From Rubrobacteraceae bacterium (GTDB lineage Bacteria > Actinomycetota > Rubrobacteria > Rubrobacterales > Rubrobacteraceae): a stretch of 64,000 nucleotides of DNA. The notes beneath the pieces were generated by a model, which did no database searches, was not told the DNA's origin, and saw nothing but the letters and a program-made list of their open reading frames with translations. Positions within the stretch are counted from its first letter, which is position 1. Every line of letters starts with the position of its first letter. Positions 18,899-28,290 of the stretch are shown here, piece by piece. Made by a program: the position numbers and the translations under genes. The stretch spans positions 2,238,586 to 2,302,585 of the forward strand of contig OZ243953.1 of assembly GCA_965214475.1 (NCBI GenBank). Direction: 5' to 3'.

Positions 18899-20080
18899 AT
18901 GGAGACGACACAAAAATTCGACAGCCTCGTACAAAACGTCCGGGAGAGCTTCGGGGAGAAGATCGTAGCCTTGCGCCGGGACATTCACAAACAGCCGGAG
19001 CTTGGCTTCGGTACCGAGGAGACCGCCCGAAAAGTCCTCGACACCCTCGATGGGCTGCCGCTGGAGATACAGACCGGGGTGGCCGAGAACGGTATCGTCG
19101 CGACACTGGAAGGTGAGGGAGAGGGGCCGACCATCGGCCTGCGCGCGGATATGGACGCACTCCCGATCCACGAGGAAACGGGCTTGGATTTCGCCTCGCA
19201 AACGGACGGCAAGATGCACGCTTGCGGCCATGATGGCCACACGAGCATGTTGGTAGGCGCGGCCCACGCCCTCTGCGGGATGCGGGACCAGCTAAACGGC
19301 ACCGTAAAGTTCTTCTTCCAGCCCGCCGAAGAAGGCGGCGGCGGAGGACAGGTAATGGTCGAAGAGGGCGCCGCGGACGACGTAGACTCTATCTTTGCGT
19401 TGCACCTGTGGCCGGGGTTACCGTTCGGAACGGCAGCCACTAAGGCCGGCCCGATCATGGCCGCCGCCGACGTCTTCGATATGAAAGTAAAGACCGGCGG
19501 CGGACACGGCGCCATGCCACATCTGGCGGTAGACGCCGTCGCTGTCGCGGCCCAGATCGTCACCATCCTTCAGACCATCGTTTCGCGGGAAGTAGACCCG
19601 GTCCAACCGGCGGTGCTGACGGTCGGGGAGATCGAGGCCGGAACAGCCTTCAACATCATCCCCGGTGAAGCCCGGCTGGGCGGTACGGTCCGCACCCTGG
19701 ACGCCGACCTTAGAGAGAAAATTCCCGAGCGCATGGAAGAGTTGTCTCGCGGCGTCGCGAACGGCATGCGCGGAGACATCAAACTGGATTACACTTTTTC
19801 TTACCCGGTAACCGTCAATGACGAAGGAGCAGCCCGGCAGGCGCTCGGTGTGATCGGGGAACTTTTTGGAGAGGACCAAGCCTTAGAACTCCCGAACCCT
19901 TCGATGGGCGCCGAGGACTTCGCCTATTTCCTCGAAAAACTTCCCGGCGCTTTCATCTGGCTCGGTATCGGTGAAGATGCTCCTAACCTCCACACACCAA
20001 ACTTCGCCTTCGACGAAGAAATACTCCCGCGCGGCGCTTCCCTACTCACGGCCCTCGCTCTGGAGACGCTATCGAACTAG
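18899..20080 (+). CDS. M20 family amidohydrolase (N-acyl-L-amino acid amidohydrolase / hippurate hydrolase type)
   Basis: Motifs LRADMDALPI, HACGHDGH, FQPAEEGGGG. Confidence 0.9.
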   Translation: METTQKFDSLVQNVRESFGEKIVALRRDIHKQPELGFGTEETARKVLDTLDGLPLEIQTGVAENGIVATLEGEGEGPTIGLRADMDALPIHEETGLDFASQTDGKMHACGHDGHTSMLVGAAHALCGMRDQLNGTVKFFFQPAEEGGGGGQVMVEEGAADDVDSIFALHLWPGLPFGTAATKAGPIMAAADVFDMKVKTGGGHGAMPHLAVDAVAVAAQIVTILQTIVSREVDPVQPAVLTVGEIEAGTAFNIIPGEARLGGTVRTLDADLREKIPERMEELSRGVANGMRGDIKLDYTFSYPVTVNDEGAARQALGVIGELFGEDQALELPNPSMGAEDFAYFLEKLPGAFIWLGIGEDAPNLHTPNFAFDEEILPRGASLLTALALETLSN

Positions 20081-20129
20081 AAAACCTCACACACAACCGA
20101 ACACCCGAAAAGAAAGTCCCCTCCGCAGC

Positions 20130-20158
20130 TTGACACTCTAATATATGTGCGGTATACA
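20130..20158 (+). promoter_or_regulatory. orphan promoter TTGACA-17-TATACA with an overlapping 8-bp inverted repeat
   Basis: TTGACA at 20130-20135, TATACA at 20153-20158. The palindrome ATATATGT-N7-ACATATAT spans the spacer and -10. No plus-strand CDS lies downstream. Confidence 0.45.
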
Positions 20159-20164
20159 TATATT

Positions 20165-20250
20165 TGTCTGGTGCTCATATTTAGTTCCTATTCCTCCTTT
20201 CCCTTTCCCCACCTATCACCCCTATAGGAAAGAGCACCGGACTTCTTTTC
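20165..20250 (+). ncRNA. candidate small RNA (CU-rich, CCUCC-containing loop closed by a 9-bp stem, followed by a U-rich tract)
   Basis: Stem CTGGTGCTC (20168-20176) pairs with GAGCACCGG (20232-20240). The loop contains TTCCTCCTTTCCCTTTCCCC. The tail is ACTTCTTTTC. Confidence 0.3.
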
Positions 20251-20260
20251 TACTAACTTT

Positions 20261-20878
20261 CTAACTTTGCGGCGGGTTGACGAGCACTTCGTAGGCGTCG
20301 CCGGGGCCGAGTAGCGCTAGCAGTATAAGTAGCAGGGTGGCTATTGGTATCAGGGTTCCGAGTGCGGCGCGTTTCCAGCTCGGGCCGAGTGTTTCCTTAA
20401 CCGCGACGGTGGCAACGTAGGGGCTGTAGAGCAGGATGAGGAATGGGGCGTAGGGTATTGGCAGCAGGATCAGGACGCCGGAGGCGTACCCCAGGGAGCG
20501 GAAGAGGGGACCGAACTTCGCCCGCGAGGGCGCCCCATCGAGGACGACGAGAACGAGTGTCGTAAGGCTGGCCACGAGCAGTGGACCGAGAACCACCGCC
20601 ACGACGAGTCCGAGTAGTAAGGCGTACAGGAGGCTGGAGTCGAATTCCCGTATCCACACCGCCTGGAGAGCGGCTTCCAATAGGAGGGTCGCGTAGATCA
20701 CGAGCGAGGCAAATACCGCAGGCCCGATCGTACCTCCCTCGGGGTCGAGGTTGCGGAAGAACCGTCGCGGAGAGAACCACACGCCGCGCAATGCGTCCCA
20801 AAATCCTACTGAAGGGTGATCGTAGTCAGGCGCCCGTGACAAGTTATTCTCGTCCGGACTTATCAGCTTCGCGTACAA
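20261..20878 (-). CDS. Yip1-domain membrane protein
   Basis: Cytosolic N-terminal region followed by about 5 TM helices, with the pattern FWDALRGVWFSPRRFF. TTG start. Confidence 0.7.
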   Translation of the reverse strand: MYAKLISPDENNLSRAPDYDHPSVGFWDALRGVWFSPRRFFRNLDPEGGTIGPAVFASLVIYATLLLEAALQAVWIREFDSSLLYALLLGLVVAVVLGPLLVASLTTLVLVVLDGAPSRAKFGPLFRSLGYASGVLILLPIPYAPFLILLYSPYVATVAVKETLGPSWKRAALGTLIPIATLLLILLALLGPGDAYEVLVNPPQS

Positions 20879-21166
20879 CGGCGCCGATGCGAGCTTGGAT
20901 ATCTACGGCCTTTCGTGTCTCTTACTTTTACGTCCCTGGCTCCGGCGCGAACTGACGCGTTGCCGTCCAAGTTGGCTACTTCTACTTCGCCCGCCCCTGA
21001 TTCTAACTCTACCGAGCCATACGTCGTCGCATCGAACTCTATCGCCTTCAGGCTTCCAACACCTTCGATCCGCACCGCCCTGCGCCCGTGACGGCGGGAT
21101 ACTTCCTAGATCCTGAAGCCCATCCGGAATTTTCCCGACCGGTAGTGTATGCAGGAGGGTTCCTTT

Positions 21167-21529
21167 CTAAGGTCCCACGCGACCGTAGACGTCCTCCAAG
21201 CGGATAATGTCGTCTTCGTCGAATTCTCCGAAGGAAATTTCCAATATTCGTACCTCGTTCTCACCGTCGGCCGAGAGCCGGTGGATCGTCTCGCGGGGAA
21301 TAAAGAGTTTTTCTTCTTGTTCGGGATGTAGGATTTTATCGTCAAGCTCTACGCAGGCCCCGGGGTCCAGAACGACCCAGAGCTCGTCCCGCTGGTGATG
21401 ATACTGGCGGGAGAGAACTCCCCCTGGGGCGACCGTGATGATTTTGACCGTACACGGCAGGTTATGGGTGTACTGCTCGAAACGCCCCCACGGCTTGTCT
21501 ACTTTTATTGAAGGCGGCTTGTAGTCCAC
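21167..21529 (-). CDS. cupin domain protein (type II phosphomannose isomerase C-terminal cupin-like)
   Basis: Pattern KPWGRFEQY...SRQYHHQRDELWVV...IPRETIHRL. Confidence 0.8.
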   Translation of the reverse strand: MDYKPPSIKVDKPWGRFEQYTHNLPCTVKIITVAPGGVLSRQYHHQRDELWVVLDPGACVELDDKILHPEQEEKLFIPRETIHRLSADGENEVRILEISFGEFDEDDIIRLEDVYGRVGP

Positions 21530-21675
21530 TCTCTTACTCCTCCCATCTCAGAGGTAGAATAGTTTAGAACATTCACCCGCGCTCGTGCAGGCGGTGCCCT
21601 ACCAAAACATCTGCTTGTGCGAATGCTTCTGATGTGGCATTCTTACAGAATCATCCGACGGAGAAAGAGGTTCAC

Positions 21676-22041
21676 ATGCCCAGGCTCGGAGTAGAAGGCG
21701 TAGGAGAGTTCGATGTCGAAGACGGTAAGCGGCTGGTTCTTGCGATAGAGCAGGACGCAGGGGTGGATATTCTTCACCGTTGCGGCGCCTACGCCAAATG
21801 CACCACCTGCCGGGTCGAGTACCTGGAAGGCGAGCCGGAGCAAATGACGCAGGCCGAGCTGAAAGTGCTGGAGAGCCGGGATCTTCTCGGTGAAGTACGG
21901 CTTTCGTGCCAGGCGGTTTGCGACCGCGACATGACGGTGCGCCCGCTAATGACGGTGACTTCCACCGGACTCGACGGTCCCGGGGCAGAACCGGAGCCGG
22001 AGATCACCCCCGAGCCGGAGTGGGTCGAAAAACCGTCCTGA
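21676..22041 (+). CDS. 2Fe-2S ferredoxin
   Basis: Cys pattern HRCGAYAKCTTCRV...LSCQ. ATG at 21676 follows GGAGAAAGAGG. Confidence 0.8.
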   Translation: MPRLGVEGVGEFDVEDGKRLVLAIEQDAGVDILHRCGAYAKCTTCRVEYLEGEPEQMTQAELKVLESRDLLGEVRLSCQAVCDRDMTVRPLMTVTSTGLDGPGAEPEPEITPEPEWVEKPS

Positions 22042-22050
22042 TACAAGGTC

Positions 22051-22839
22051 TTAGTCGTCGACTTCGCCTTCGAAGATCGCAAAGACGGCGCCCTGGGGGT
22101 CGGTTAGAACCGAGATCCTACCGGCTCCTATTTCCATCGGTTCGGCCAGCACTTCTCCTCCAAGCTCTTTTGTCTGTGCGACAGTGCCGTCGCACGAGGA
22201 TACCGTGAAGTAGACGAGCCAGTAGGGAGGCATGTCGCCGTGTCGCTCGTCCATAGGCATGATGCCGCCATTATCGGAACCGGCGTTCTGTAGCACCACG
22301 TAGGCCAGCTCTCCATCCTCTTCCATCGGCAGCGTCTCCCAGCCGAAGAGGCCGGTATAGAAATCCATCGTCGCGTTTACGTCGCGGGTTTGCAGATCGT
22401 TCCAGGCAAAGCAGCCGGTATCGTTGACCCGGCTAGCACCGATCCAGAAACTTGGCTCCCAGACAGCAAACGTGGCGCCTAGCGGGTCGGCAATAACTGC
22501 CATACGGCCCATGTCCAGTACGTTGCGCGGTTCACTGTGTACGGTACCGCCCAATTCTCGGGTTCTGGAGGCTGTTTCATCAATGTCCGCGACGCTCACG
22601 TAGGAAGACCAGTGTGGCGGTATGCCCTGCTCGCGCCTACCAGGTTCCATCTCGTAGAGGGCACAGACCTCATCGTCGCCGAGGTAGAGCATCGTGTAGT
22701 TTCCGCCTTCTGCAACTGCAATGCTCTCTGTTTGCCAGTCGAATAGCTCGCCGTAGAAGTTCGCTGCGCCGGACGGGTCTGTAGTCGCCAGGTCCACCCA
22801 GCAGAAAGTCTCCGGTTCGTAGCTGGTTCTCTTGCCCAT
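22051..22839 (-). CDS. VOC (glyoxalase/bleomycin-resistance) family protein, two-domain
   Basis: The repeated module F-C-W-DL...FY..LFGW occurs twice. Confidence 0.85.
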   Translation of the reverse strand: MGKRTSYEPETFCWVDLATTDPSGAANFYGELFDWQTESIAVAEGGNYTMLYLGDDEVCALYEMEPGRREQGIPPHWSSYVSVADIDETASRTRELGGTVHSEPRNVLDMGRMAVIADPLGATFAVWEPSFWIGASRVNDTGCFAWNDLQTRDVNATMDFYTGLFGWETLPMEEDGELAYVVLQNAGSDNGGIMPMDERHGDMPPYWLVYFTVSSCDGTVAQTKELGGEVLAEPMEIGAGRISVLTDPQGAVFAIFEGEVDD

Positions 22840-22946
22840 GGTCCCCTCTTTTTAAGGCCAGACAAGCGGTTGCTCGACAAGTCTACGGGAGATTGTTTGC
22901 TTCCCAAGTAGCAGATGTTTACGAAAACTTACGGATTATCGAGACC

Positions 22947-23756
22947 TCAGGCGAAGTTGCGCTCGATCCAGGCGACCGCGTGATCGACTAGGCCTCGCGC
23001 CTCGAACAGGTGAGCCGTGGCCTCTCCGACCGGGCCGCTATTACCGGCTCCAGTCCCGAGTGCCGAACGCGCGATGTGCTCGATGTAGTCTTCCTCACCC
23101 AGGACGCGTTCGTAAGGCAATGCTCCTTCCGAAGTATCGATGTCCGAGAAGTTTCTCCAGAAACGCTCGCCGTCTATTATCACGGGCATGCCGTAGCTCA
23201 AGCGTCGCTTGCCGGGAGCCTCCGCGATAGCCTCCGCGTGGTGCACCAATGTTACGCTCTCCAACGGCGCACCGAGAACCAGGACCTGCCCGTCGAGCTC
23301 GACCAGCCGGGCGTAGGGTGTGCCGGCTCCGTAGGCGTCATCGTAGGGATGTTCCGCGGTGAGAACTTCGGCGAGCGGACCGACGGCCGCCACGCCAGCC
23401 TCCGGATGCCCGCTGTGGCGAGAGTCCGGCCAGGTCCTCAAAGTTTCGGGGAGGCGTCCGTGTTCGCGCCGGGCGAGGGCGAAGCGCGGGTCGTAGGCTG
23501 GATGTTCTTCGAGATGTATTCGCCTCGTTTCCTCGTCCAGCGCGCTGAGATCCTCGGGTGGTTCGTCCTGCCAGCCGGTGTAGGCCACGAGTGTACCGTC
23601 GGCTCCCAGGACATCGAGCAGGGCACGTACGATGGTCTCCGCGCCGCCGACCACGTGGCCGAGCGCGGACATCCGGCAGTGGACTATCGTTACGCTACCC
23701 AGCTTCACGCCGAGGTTCTCCAGATCGCGAACCAGCCGCGAACGCGCCATCAGCAT
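22947..23756 (-). CDS. aminoglycoside N(3)-acetyltransferase family protein (AAC(3)/Antibiotic_NAT)
   Basis: Product LGVKLGSVTIVHCRMSALGHVVGGAETIVRALLDVLGADGTLV matches the family N-terminus. Confidence 0.85.
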   Translation of the reverse strand: MLMARSRLVRDLENLGVKLGSVTIVHCRMSALGHVVGGAETIVRALLDVLGADGTLVAYTGWQDEPPEDLSALDEETRRIHLEEHPAYDPRFALARREHGRLPETLRTWPDSRHSGHPEAGVAAVGPLAEVLTAEHPYDDAYGAGTPYARLVELDGQVLVLGAPLESVTLVHHAEAIAEAPGKRRLSYGMPVIIDGERFWRNFSDIDTSEGALPYERVLGEEDYIEHIARSALGTGAGNSGPVGEATAHLFEARGLVDHAVAWIERNFA

Positions 23757-23891
23757 GTGTCAATACTAGCAGGAGCGCCGAAGATGGGGCCAGCAGTCCA
23801 CGAGGCATATATTCATCCGTGCTGGCGTTGTAGTATGATCTTGCTTGGGGGAGGGTGCTGGTAAAGTCGCGATAGAGCTGCGAGGTGACGA

Positions 23892-25556
23892 ATGGCGAAG
23901 GTACGGCAGCGGGCGCGGGAAGCAGTCGAGGAGTTCACCCAGGACGAGCAGTTCGGGGAGTTCGAGGTAGACCCCGGGGACTTTCTCTCAGCGCGGGAGC
24001 GCGGCGGGACGGCCGGAACCCAGATCGAGCAGCAAACAGCCTCGCTCTCTGAGGCCTCGGAGATCCTCAACCGCAGCTTCCCCACACAGACCCGTTCGGG
24101 GGAGTTCGTCAACGTCATCTCACCGGTGGTGATCCCGAACCGTCAGTCGCTCTTCTGGCGGCTATTACCGATAGGTTTGCTGATTATGTTCGTCGTGGTG
24201 GGCATCGTAGCTATGCTGACGATCAGCACGCTGCCGTTTATTGGGGAGCTTGGGTTGATGGTGTTTGGGCCACACTTCTGGCTACTCCTGATCGCACTGG
24301 CCGTCTTCGTGTGGTGGCGCCAGAGCGTGGTGATGGTCCCTGACGGGAGCCAGGCGGTCATTACGCGCTTCGGCAAGCTGGAAGAAGTCGTGGACGCCGG
24401 TCGGACGCTGCTCTTCAACCCCTGGAAACAGGTTAGCTACCTCGTCAATACCGCCAAAGAATATCCGTACAACGCCCCGATAAGAGAGGCCCCGACGGCA
24501 GGCCGGGTGAACGCCTCGGTGGACCTGTTCTTGCAGTTCCGGATCGAAGACCCGGCGGAGTACATCTTTACCGTCGGCGGGGTGCGGGGTTTCGCAGATA
24601 AGCTGGAAAACGCGATCAGCGAGATGACGCGAGCCCTGATCTACGAGCAGAACGCCGAAGACATCTACGATCTCGTAGGCGAGAGCACCCAAAAGTTCGT
24701 CGAATCACTCAATAAGCAGTTTCTCCCCGCCGTCCGCTTTACGAACGCGAACATCACGCATGCCGAACCTTCGAGCCAGGAGTACCGGATGGACCTGGCG
24801 TCCCCAGAGATGGTGCGGGTGGCGAAGGAGGCGTACACCTACCAGTACGAGCTTCGGCTCCGCAAGGAGCAGGACGAGGGCGAGCTGAACAAAGAGCTGG
24901 CCTCGCTGCGGGAGACGCTCTCGGCGATACAGGCGGAGGTCGCCAGCTACCAGGCTCAGATCGATATCGCCCGCGAACGGGAGACGAACCGGGCCAACGC
25001 CCGCGCCCGCCAACGCATGGTTGAGGCGGAGAGCACGGCCAACGCCAACGCGGCGCTTTTGGAGGCGCAGGCGCTGGATATTCGGGCCGTTAGCGGGGCC
25101 GGGGCGCCGGAGATTTTGGAGTACCGTTTCCAGAAGGACGTGCTGGACCGGCTGGAGTCGGTCGCCGGGCGGTTGCCGCAGGTGGTTCAGATCGGGGAGG
25201 ATGGCGGGCAGAGCCTGGACTTCCTCTCTATCGCCCGCGAGATGATCGGGACCAGCGACGAGTCGATCTACACGTCTGAGGACATGCAGGCCATCCGGGA
25301 GCGGATGGGGGAGATACAGGACCGCATCAAGGAGCGGGAGGCGGAGATAGAAGACTTGATCTCCATCGAACAGGCCGTAACCGACGACGAGCCGCGAGAG
25401 CCAGAGGCCGCCGAAGAGGAGACTGCGGAACGGCTGGAGGAAATCCGACAGTCCGTCACCGATCAGGCCGTGAAGGATCGGGTCGAGCGCATCGGTCAGG
25501 GTGAGAACGCTGATGGAGCCAACGGGTCCGCCGGGCCGGAGGAGGACGAAGAATGA
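23892..25556 (+). CDS. SPFH/band-7 domain membrane protein with long coiled-coil and acidic tail
   Basis: N-terminal TM hairpin, then an SPFH core (VPDGSQAVITRFGKL...LQFRIEDPAEYIF), a heptad-rich region and an E/D-rich C-terminus. Confidence 0.85.
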   Translation: MAKVRQRAREAVEEFTQDEQFGEFEVDPGDFLSARERGGTAGTQIEQQTASLSEASEILNRSFPTQTRSGEFVNVISPVVIPNRQSLFWRLLPIGLLIMFVVVGIVAMLTISTLPFIGELGLMVFGPHFWLLLIALAVFVWWRQSVVMVPDGSQAVITRFGKLEEVVDAGRTLLFNPWKQVSYLVNTAKEYPYNAPIREAPTAGRVNASVDLFLQFRIEDPAEYIFTVGGVRGFADKLENAISEMTRALIYEQNAEDIYDLVGESTQKFVESLNKQFLPAVRFTNANITHAEPSSQEYRMDLASPEMVRVAKEAYTYQYELRLRKEQDEGELNKELASLRETLSAIQAEVASYQAQIDIARERETNRANARARQRMVEAESTANANAALLEAQALDIRAVSGAGAPEILEYRFQKDVLDRLESVAGRLPQVVQIGEDGGQSLDFLSIAREMIGTSDESIYTSEDMQAIRERMGEIQDRIKEREAEIEDLISIEQAVTDDEPREPEAAEEETAERLEEIRQSVTDQAVKDRVERIGQGENADGANGSAGPEEDEE

Positions 25557-26860
25557 CTATGTCGTCGAGCGTGCCGGAGTTCTCCAAGATAAAAGAGGTT
25601 GTTACCGGCTGGTCCGGCGTTCGGCGTTTCCTGCGCGGGGGCGACGAGGGCCGGATCGTACCTGTAGTCATCCCGAAAGATCGGCGACGCTACGGCTGGC
25701 TGTTCCTGCTCGGTGTGGCGGTCTACCTGATCGGGGTCGCCATCTTCGCCGGTAACATCGCCTTTACGGGTCTCGCGCTGGCGGGAGCCGTGTTCTTCAT
25801 CCTCATCTCCGCGCTGTGGCTGTGGCGGAGCGCCATTGTGGAGATTGAGCAGGGAACTAACGGTGTGCTTTCGAGCTATGGGAAGATCACCGGTACCCTC
25901 TCGCCGGGCCGTCACTACCTCTGGTGGCCGTGGCAGAAGGTGGAGTTTGTCGTGGATACGGCGACCGAGATCCCCTACCTGGCACCCGTCGCAGTCTGCC
26001 CGACCCAGGAGAACGTGCCGCTAAAAGCCATCGAATTCTTCCTCAAATTCCGCATTCAGGAACCCATCTCCTTCGTCCGCACCATCGGAGCCTCGAACTT
26101 CGATCTGGTGCTCTCCAGCGCGGTGCAAGACGCCATCCGGCAGCGCAGCCGGCGCGTCCGCACCGAGCGGGCCTACGACCTGCGCGGCGGCGACGTGGGG
26201 GACATGCAAGACTACCTCAACCGCCAGCTAGAGCGGTACGGTGTCAGCATCCTGGGCGCCAACATCCCGGACGTCCAGCTCCCCGACCAGTACCAGCAAC
26301 ACCTCGCCACCCGCGAGCGCGTCGCGAAAGAGCTCGCCGCCTACGAGCGGGAGTGGGAGCTCACCCGCAAGCGCCGCATAGACCGCCTGCTCATGGAGAT
26401 AGAACGCTCCAAAAAAGAGCGGGACGCCCGCCTCATAGAAGTAAAAGAAGCCCGCAACAAAGCCCGCCAGGACGTCGCCCGGATGCTGGAAGAAAAAGAG
26501 ACCGAAGCCCAAAGGGTACGCTTGGAGATAGAGACCCGGGGCCGCGCCACGCTCACCGAAGCCGAAAACGAAGCGACCGCCCTGCAACGCCTCGGCCAGT
26601 CCCATCGCGACAACCGCGCCATGGTCCAGTACGAACTAGCCCTCCGCCGGGTCGAGGTCGGAGAGAAGTTGCTGCAGCAAGCCCCGCGCCCGCTCCTCGT
26701 TCGCGGCGAAAGCGGCGAATCCTCTGCTCTCTCGACGCTACTGTTGGCCCGGATGCTGCCGCAACTCGCAACAGCAGATGGAGCATCAGACAGCCCGCCA
26801 GCATCAAAAGTGCGCGAGGCGCTGAACTTCCGGTCTGATGATGAAGAAGATGGTCAATGA
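25553..26860 (+). CDS. SPFH/band-7 domain membrane protein (second paralogue)
   Basis: ATGA overlap with the upstream gene. TM hairpin, SPFH core (IEQGTNGVLSSYGKI...LKFRIQEPISFV) and coiled coil. Confidence 0.85.
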   Translation: MTMSSSVPEFSKIKEVVTGWSGVRRFLRGGDEGRIVPVVIPKDRRRYGWLFLLGVAVYLIGVAIFAGNIAFTGLALAGAVFFILISALWLWRSAIVEIEQGTNGVLSSYGKITGTLSPGRHYLWWPWQKVEFVVDTATEIPYLAPVAVCPTQENVPLKAIEFFLKFRIQEPISFVRTIGASNFDLVLSSAVQDAIRQRSRRVRTERAYDLRGGDVGDMQDYLNRQLERYGVSILGANIPDVQLPDQYQQHLATRERVAKELAAYEREWELTRKRRIDRLLMEIERSKKERDARLIEVKEARNKARQDVARMLEEKETEAQRVRLEIETRGRATLTEAENEATALQRLGQSHRDNRAMVQYELALRRVEVGEKLLQQAPRPLLVRGESGESSALSTLLLARMLPQLATADGASDSPPASKVREALNFRSDDEEDGQ

Positions 26861-26930
26861 AGAGTATTAGAGGCTGACCGAAGCCCGGCGGGTTACCGTC
26901 ACCAGGCAACTTTGCCGCAAATAGCTCGAC

Positions 26931-27533
26931 CTAATAAGGGTCTTCGGATTTTTGCACCAAGGCGCGCTTCGAAAGCTCTTGCGTCCGGGAAACATACTGT
27001 TCCGTTGTCCAGCCGCATTCGATGGTGAGGTGCTCCCAATTGCGGATAGATAGTATGGTCCACAAAAGGTCGGTGGCTTCTTTGAGTGACCATTCTGGAT
27101 CCAGCATCCCGTCCCGATCCAACGCCTCGATGATGTTGCGACAGCTCGTGTGTACGGCGCGCATGCGATCCTCCCACGCCGCGGCCGCGGCTTTATCGGC
27201 CTCGCGGGCGGCCAACAATGCCTTAGCCACCCCGTAAACCTCCGGGACGTAGCTCCCCCAAAACTCGATGTACGTCTTTAGTTTATCTACCCCACTAGTT
27301 GCCGCCCGGTAATTCCGCAAACGTTCGCCGAGCCCCCGAACCTCGTCCACATAACGAGCCGTAGCAACCAGCAGTTCCGCCCGTGAATCGAAGTGAAGGT
27401 ATACCGCCTGCCGCGAGACCCCCGCAGCCTTGGCAACGTCGCTCATGCGCACACCCTGCCCGTGGCGCTCCTCCATCAGCCGCCACGTAGCTTCGAGAAT
27501 GCGCGGCCGGGTCTCCAACTCTATACTTGACAT
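26931..27533 (-). CDS. TetR family transcriptional regulator
   Basis: HTH region MSDVAKAAGVSRQAVYLHFDSRAEL. Confidence 0.9.
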   Translation of the reverse strand: MSSIELETRPRILEATWRLMEERHGQGVRMSDVAKAAGVSRQAVYLHFDSRAELLVATARYVDEVRGLGERLRNYRAATSGVDKLKTYIEFWGSYVPEVYGVAKALLAAREADKAAAAAWEDRMRAVHTSCRNIIEALDRDGMLDPEWSLKEATDLLWTILSIRNWEHLTIECGWTTEQYVSRTQELSKRALVQKSEDPY

Positions 27534-27574
27534 AGAGTAAAGTATAGAGTAACCTTACGTCATGTCAATTGACA
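27519..27574. promoter_or_regulatory. divergent promoter/operator region: 9-bp inverted repeat plus a 12-bp perfect palindrome holding back-to-back TTGACA boxes
   Basis: CTCTATACT (27519-27527) pairs with AGTATAGAG (27541-27549). TGTCAATTGACA lies at 27563-27574. On the minus strand this gives TTGACA-16-TATACT, ending 7 nt before the TetR ATG. Confidence 0.5.
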
Positions 27575-27603
27575 CTGTGTAAAGTAGGTGAAAGGATGAG
27601 AAG

Positions 27604-28227
27604 ATGAAGGTACTTGTTTTCGGGTCTACGGGCGGCATGGGGCGTCAGCTCGTCGAGCTGGCTCTCGCGCAGGGGCACGATGTTACGGCGTTTGCGCGTG
27701 ATCCAGCAAAGCTCGACGTGGAGTATTCGGGTCTTGAGGTCGTTCAGGGAGATGTGATGGAGCTTTCGTCGGTGGAGAAGGCCGTACAATGTCAGGAGGC
27801 AGTTTTATGTTCGCTCGGGGCGGGTAGGAAGGGCACGGTTCGGGCGGAGGGAACACGGAACATTATTTTTGCCATGGAGAAGGCTGGTGTGCAGCGTCTG
27901 ATCTGCCAGACAACCCTCGGGGTCGGAGATAGCCAGGATAATCTGAACTTCTTCTGGAAGTACGTAATGTTCGGGGGTCTGCTACGCCCGGCGTACGCAG
28001 ATCATGTCCTCCAAGAGAACTACGTCAGGGAAAGCCAACTCGATTGGACTATCGTTCGTCCTGCCGCCTTCACAGACGGAGAACGCACCGGCGAGTATCA
28101 GCACGGCTTTCCGGCCACCGATAAGTCGATCAAACTAGAGATTTCCCGCGCCGACGTCGCCGACTTCATGTTGAAGCAGTTGACGGACGACACATACTTG
28201 CACGCAAGCCCGGGCATGTCGTATTGA
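27604..28227 (+). CDS. NAD(P)H-binding oxidoreductase (NmrA / biliverdin reductase B-like)
   Basis: N-terminus MKVLVFGSTGGMGRQLV is a Rossmann motif, and the length is typical of the family. Confidence 0.85.
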   Translation: MKVLVFGSTGGMGRQLVELALAQGHDVTAFARDPAKLDVEYSGLEVVQGDVMELSSVEKAVQCQEAVLCSLGAGRKGTVRAEGTRNIIFAMEKAGVQRLICQTTLGVGDSQDNLNFFWKYVMFGGLLRPAYADHVLQENYVRESQLDWTIVRPAAFTDGERTGEYQHGFPATDKSIKLEISRADVADFMLKQLTDDTYLHASPGMSY

Positions 28228-28290
28228 ATCGAACAGGGGCTTTATGGGCCTCACCAACTAATGGGGCGTATCATTCAACCGCTTCACGCT

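Noticed and set aside
20863-21075. 70-aa minus-strand ORF with a beta-helix-like repeat pattern (GSVELESGAGEVEVANLDGNASVRAGARDVKV)
   Set aside because: It may be a remnant of a DUF4097/bactofilin-like repeat protein. It is short, ends in R/S/H-rich junk overlapping the Yip1 start, and has no clear start context, so it is not supportable as a gene.
23010-23864. 284-aa plus-strand ORF opposite the AAC(3) gene
   Set aside because: It is an antisense shadow ORF. The minus-strand product carries the family-typical N-terminus.
25924-26838. 304-aa alternative-frame plus-strand ORF inside the second SPFH gene
   Set aside because: The product is extremely Arg/Pro/Ala/Gly-rich, as expected for the +1 frame of a GC-rich gene. 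The SPFH frame has the domain motifs.
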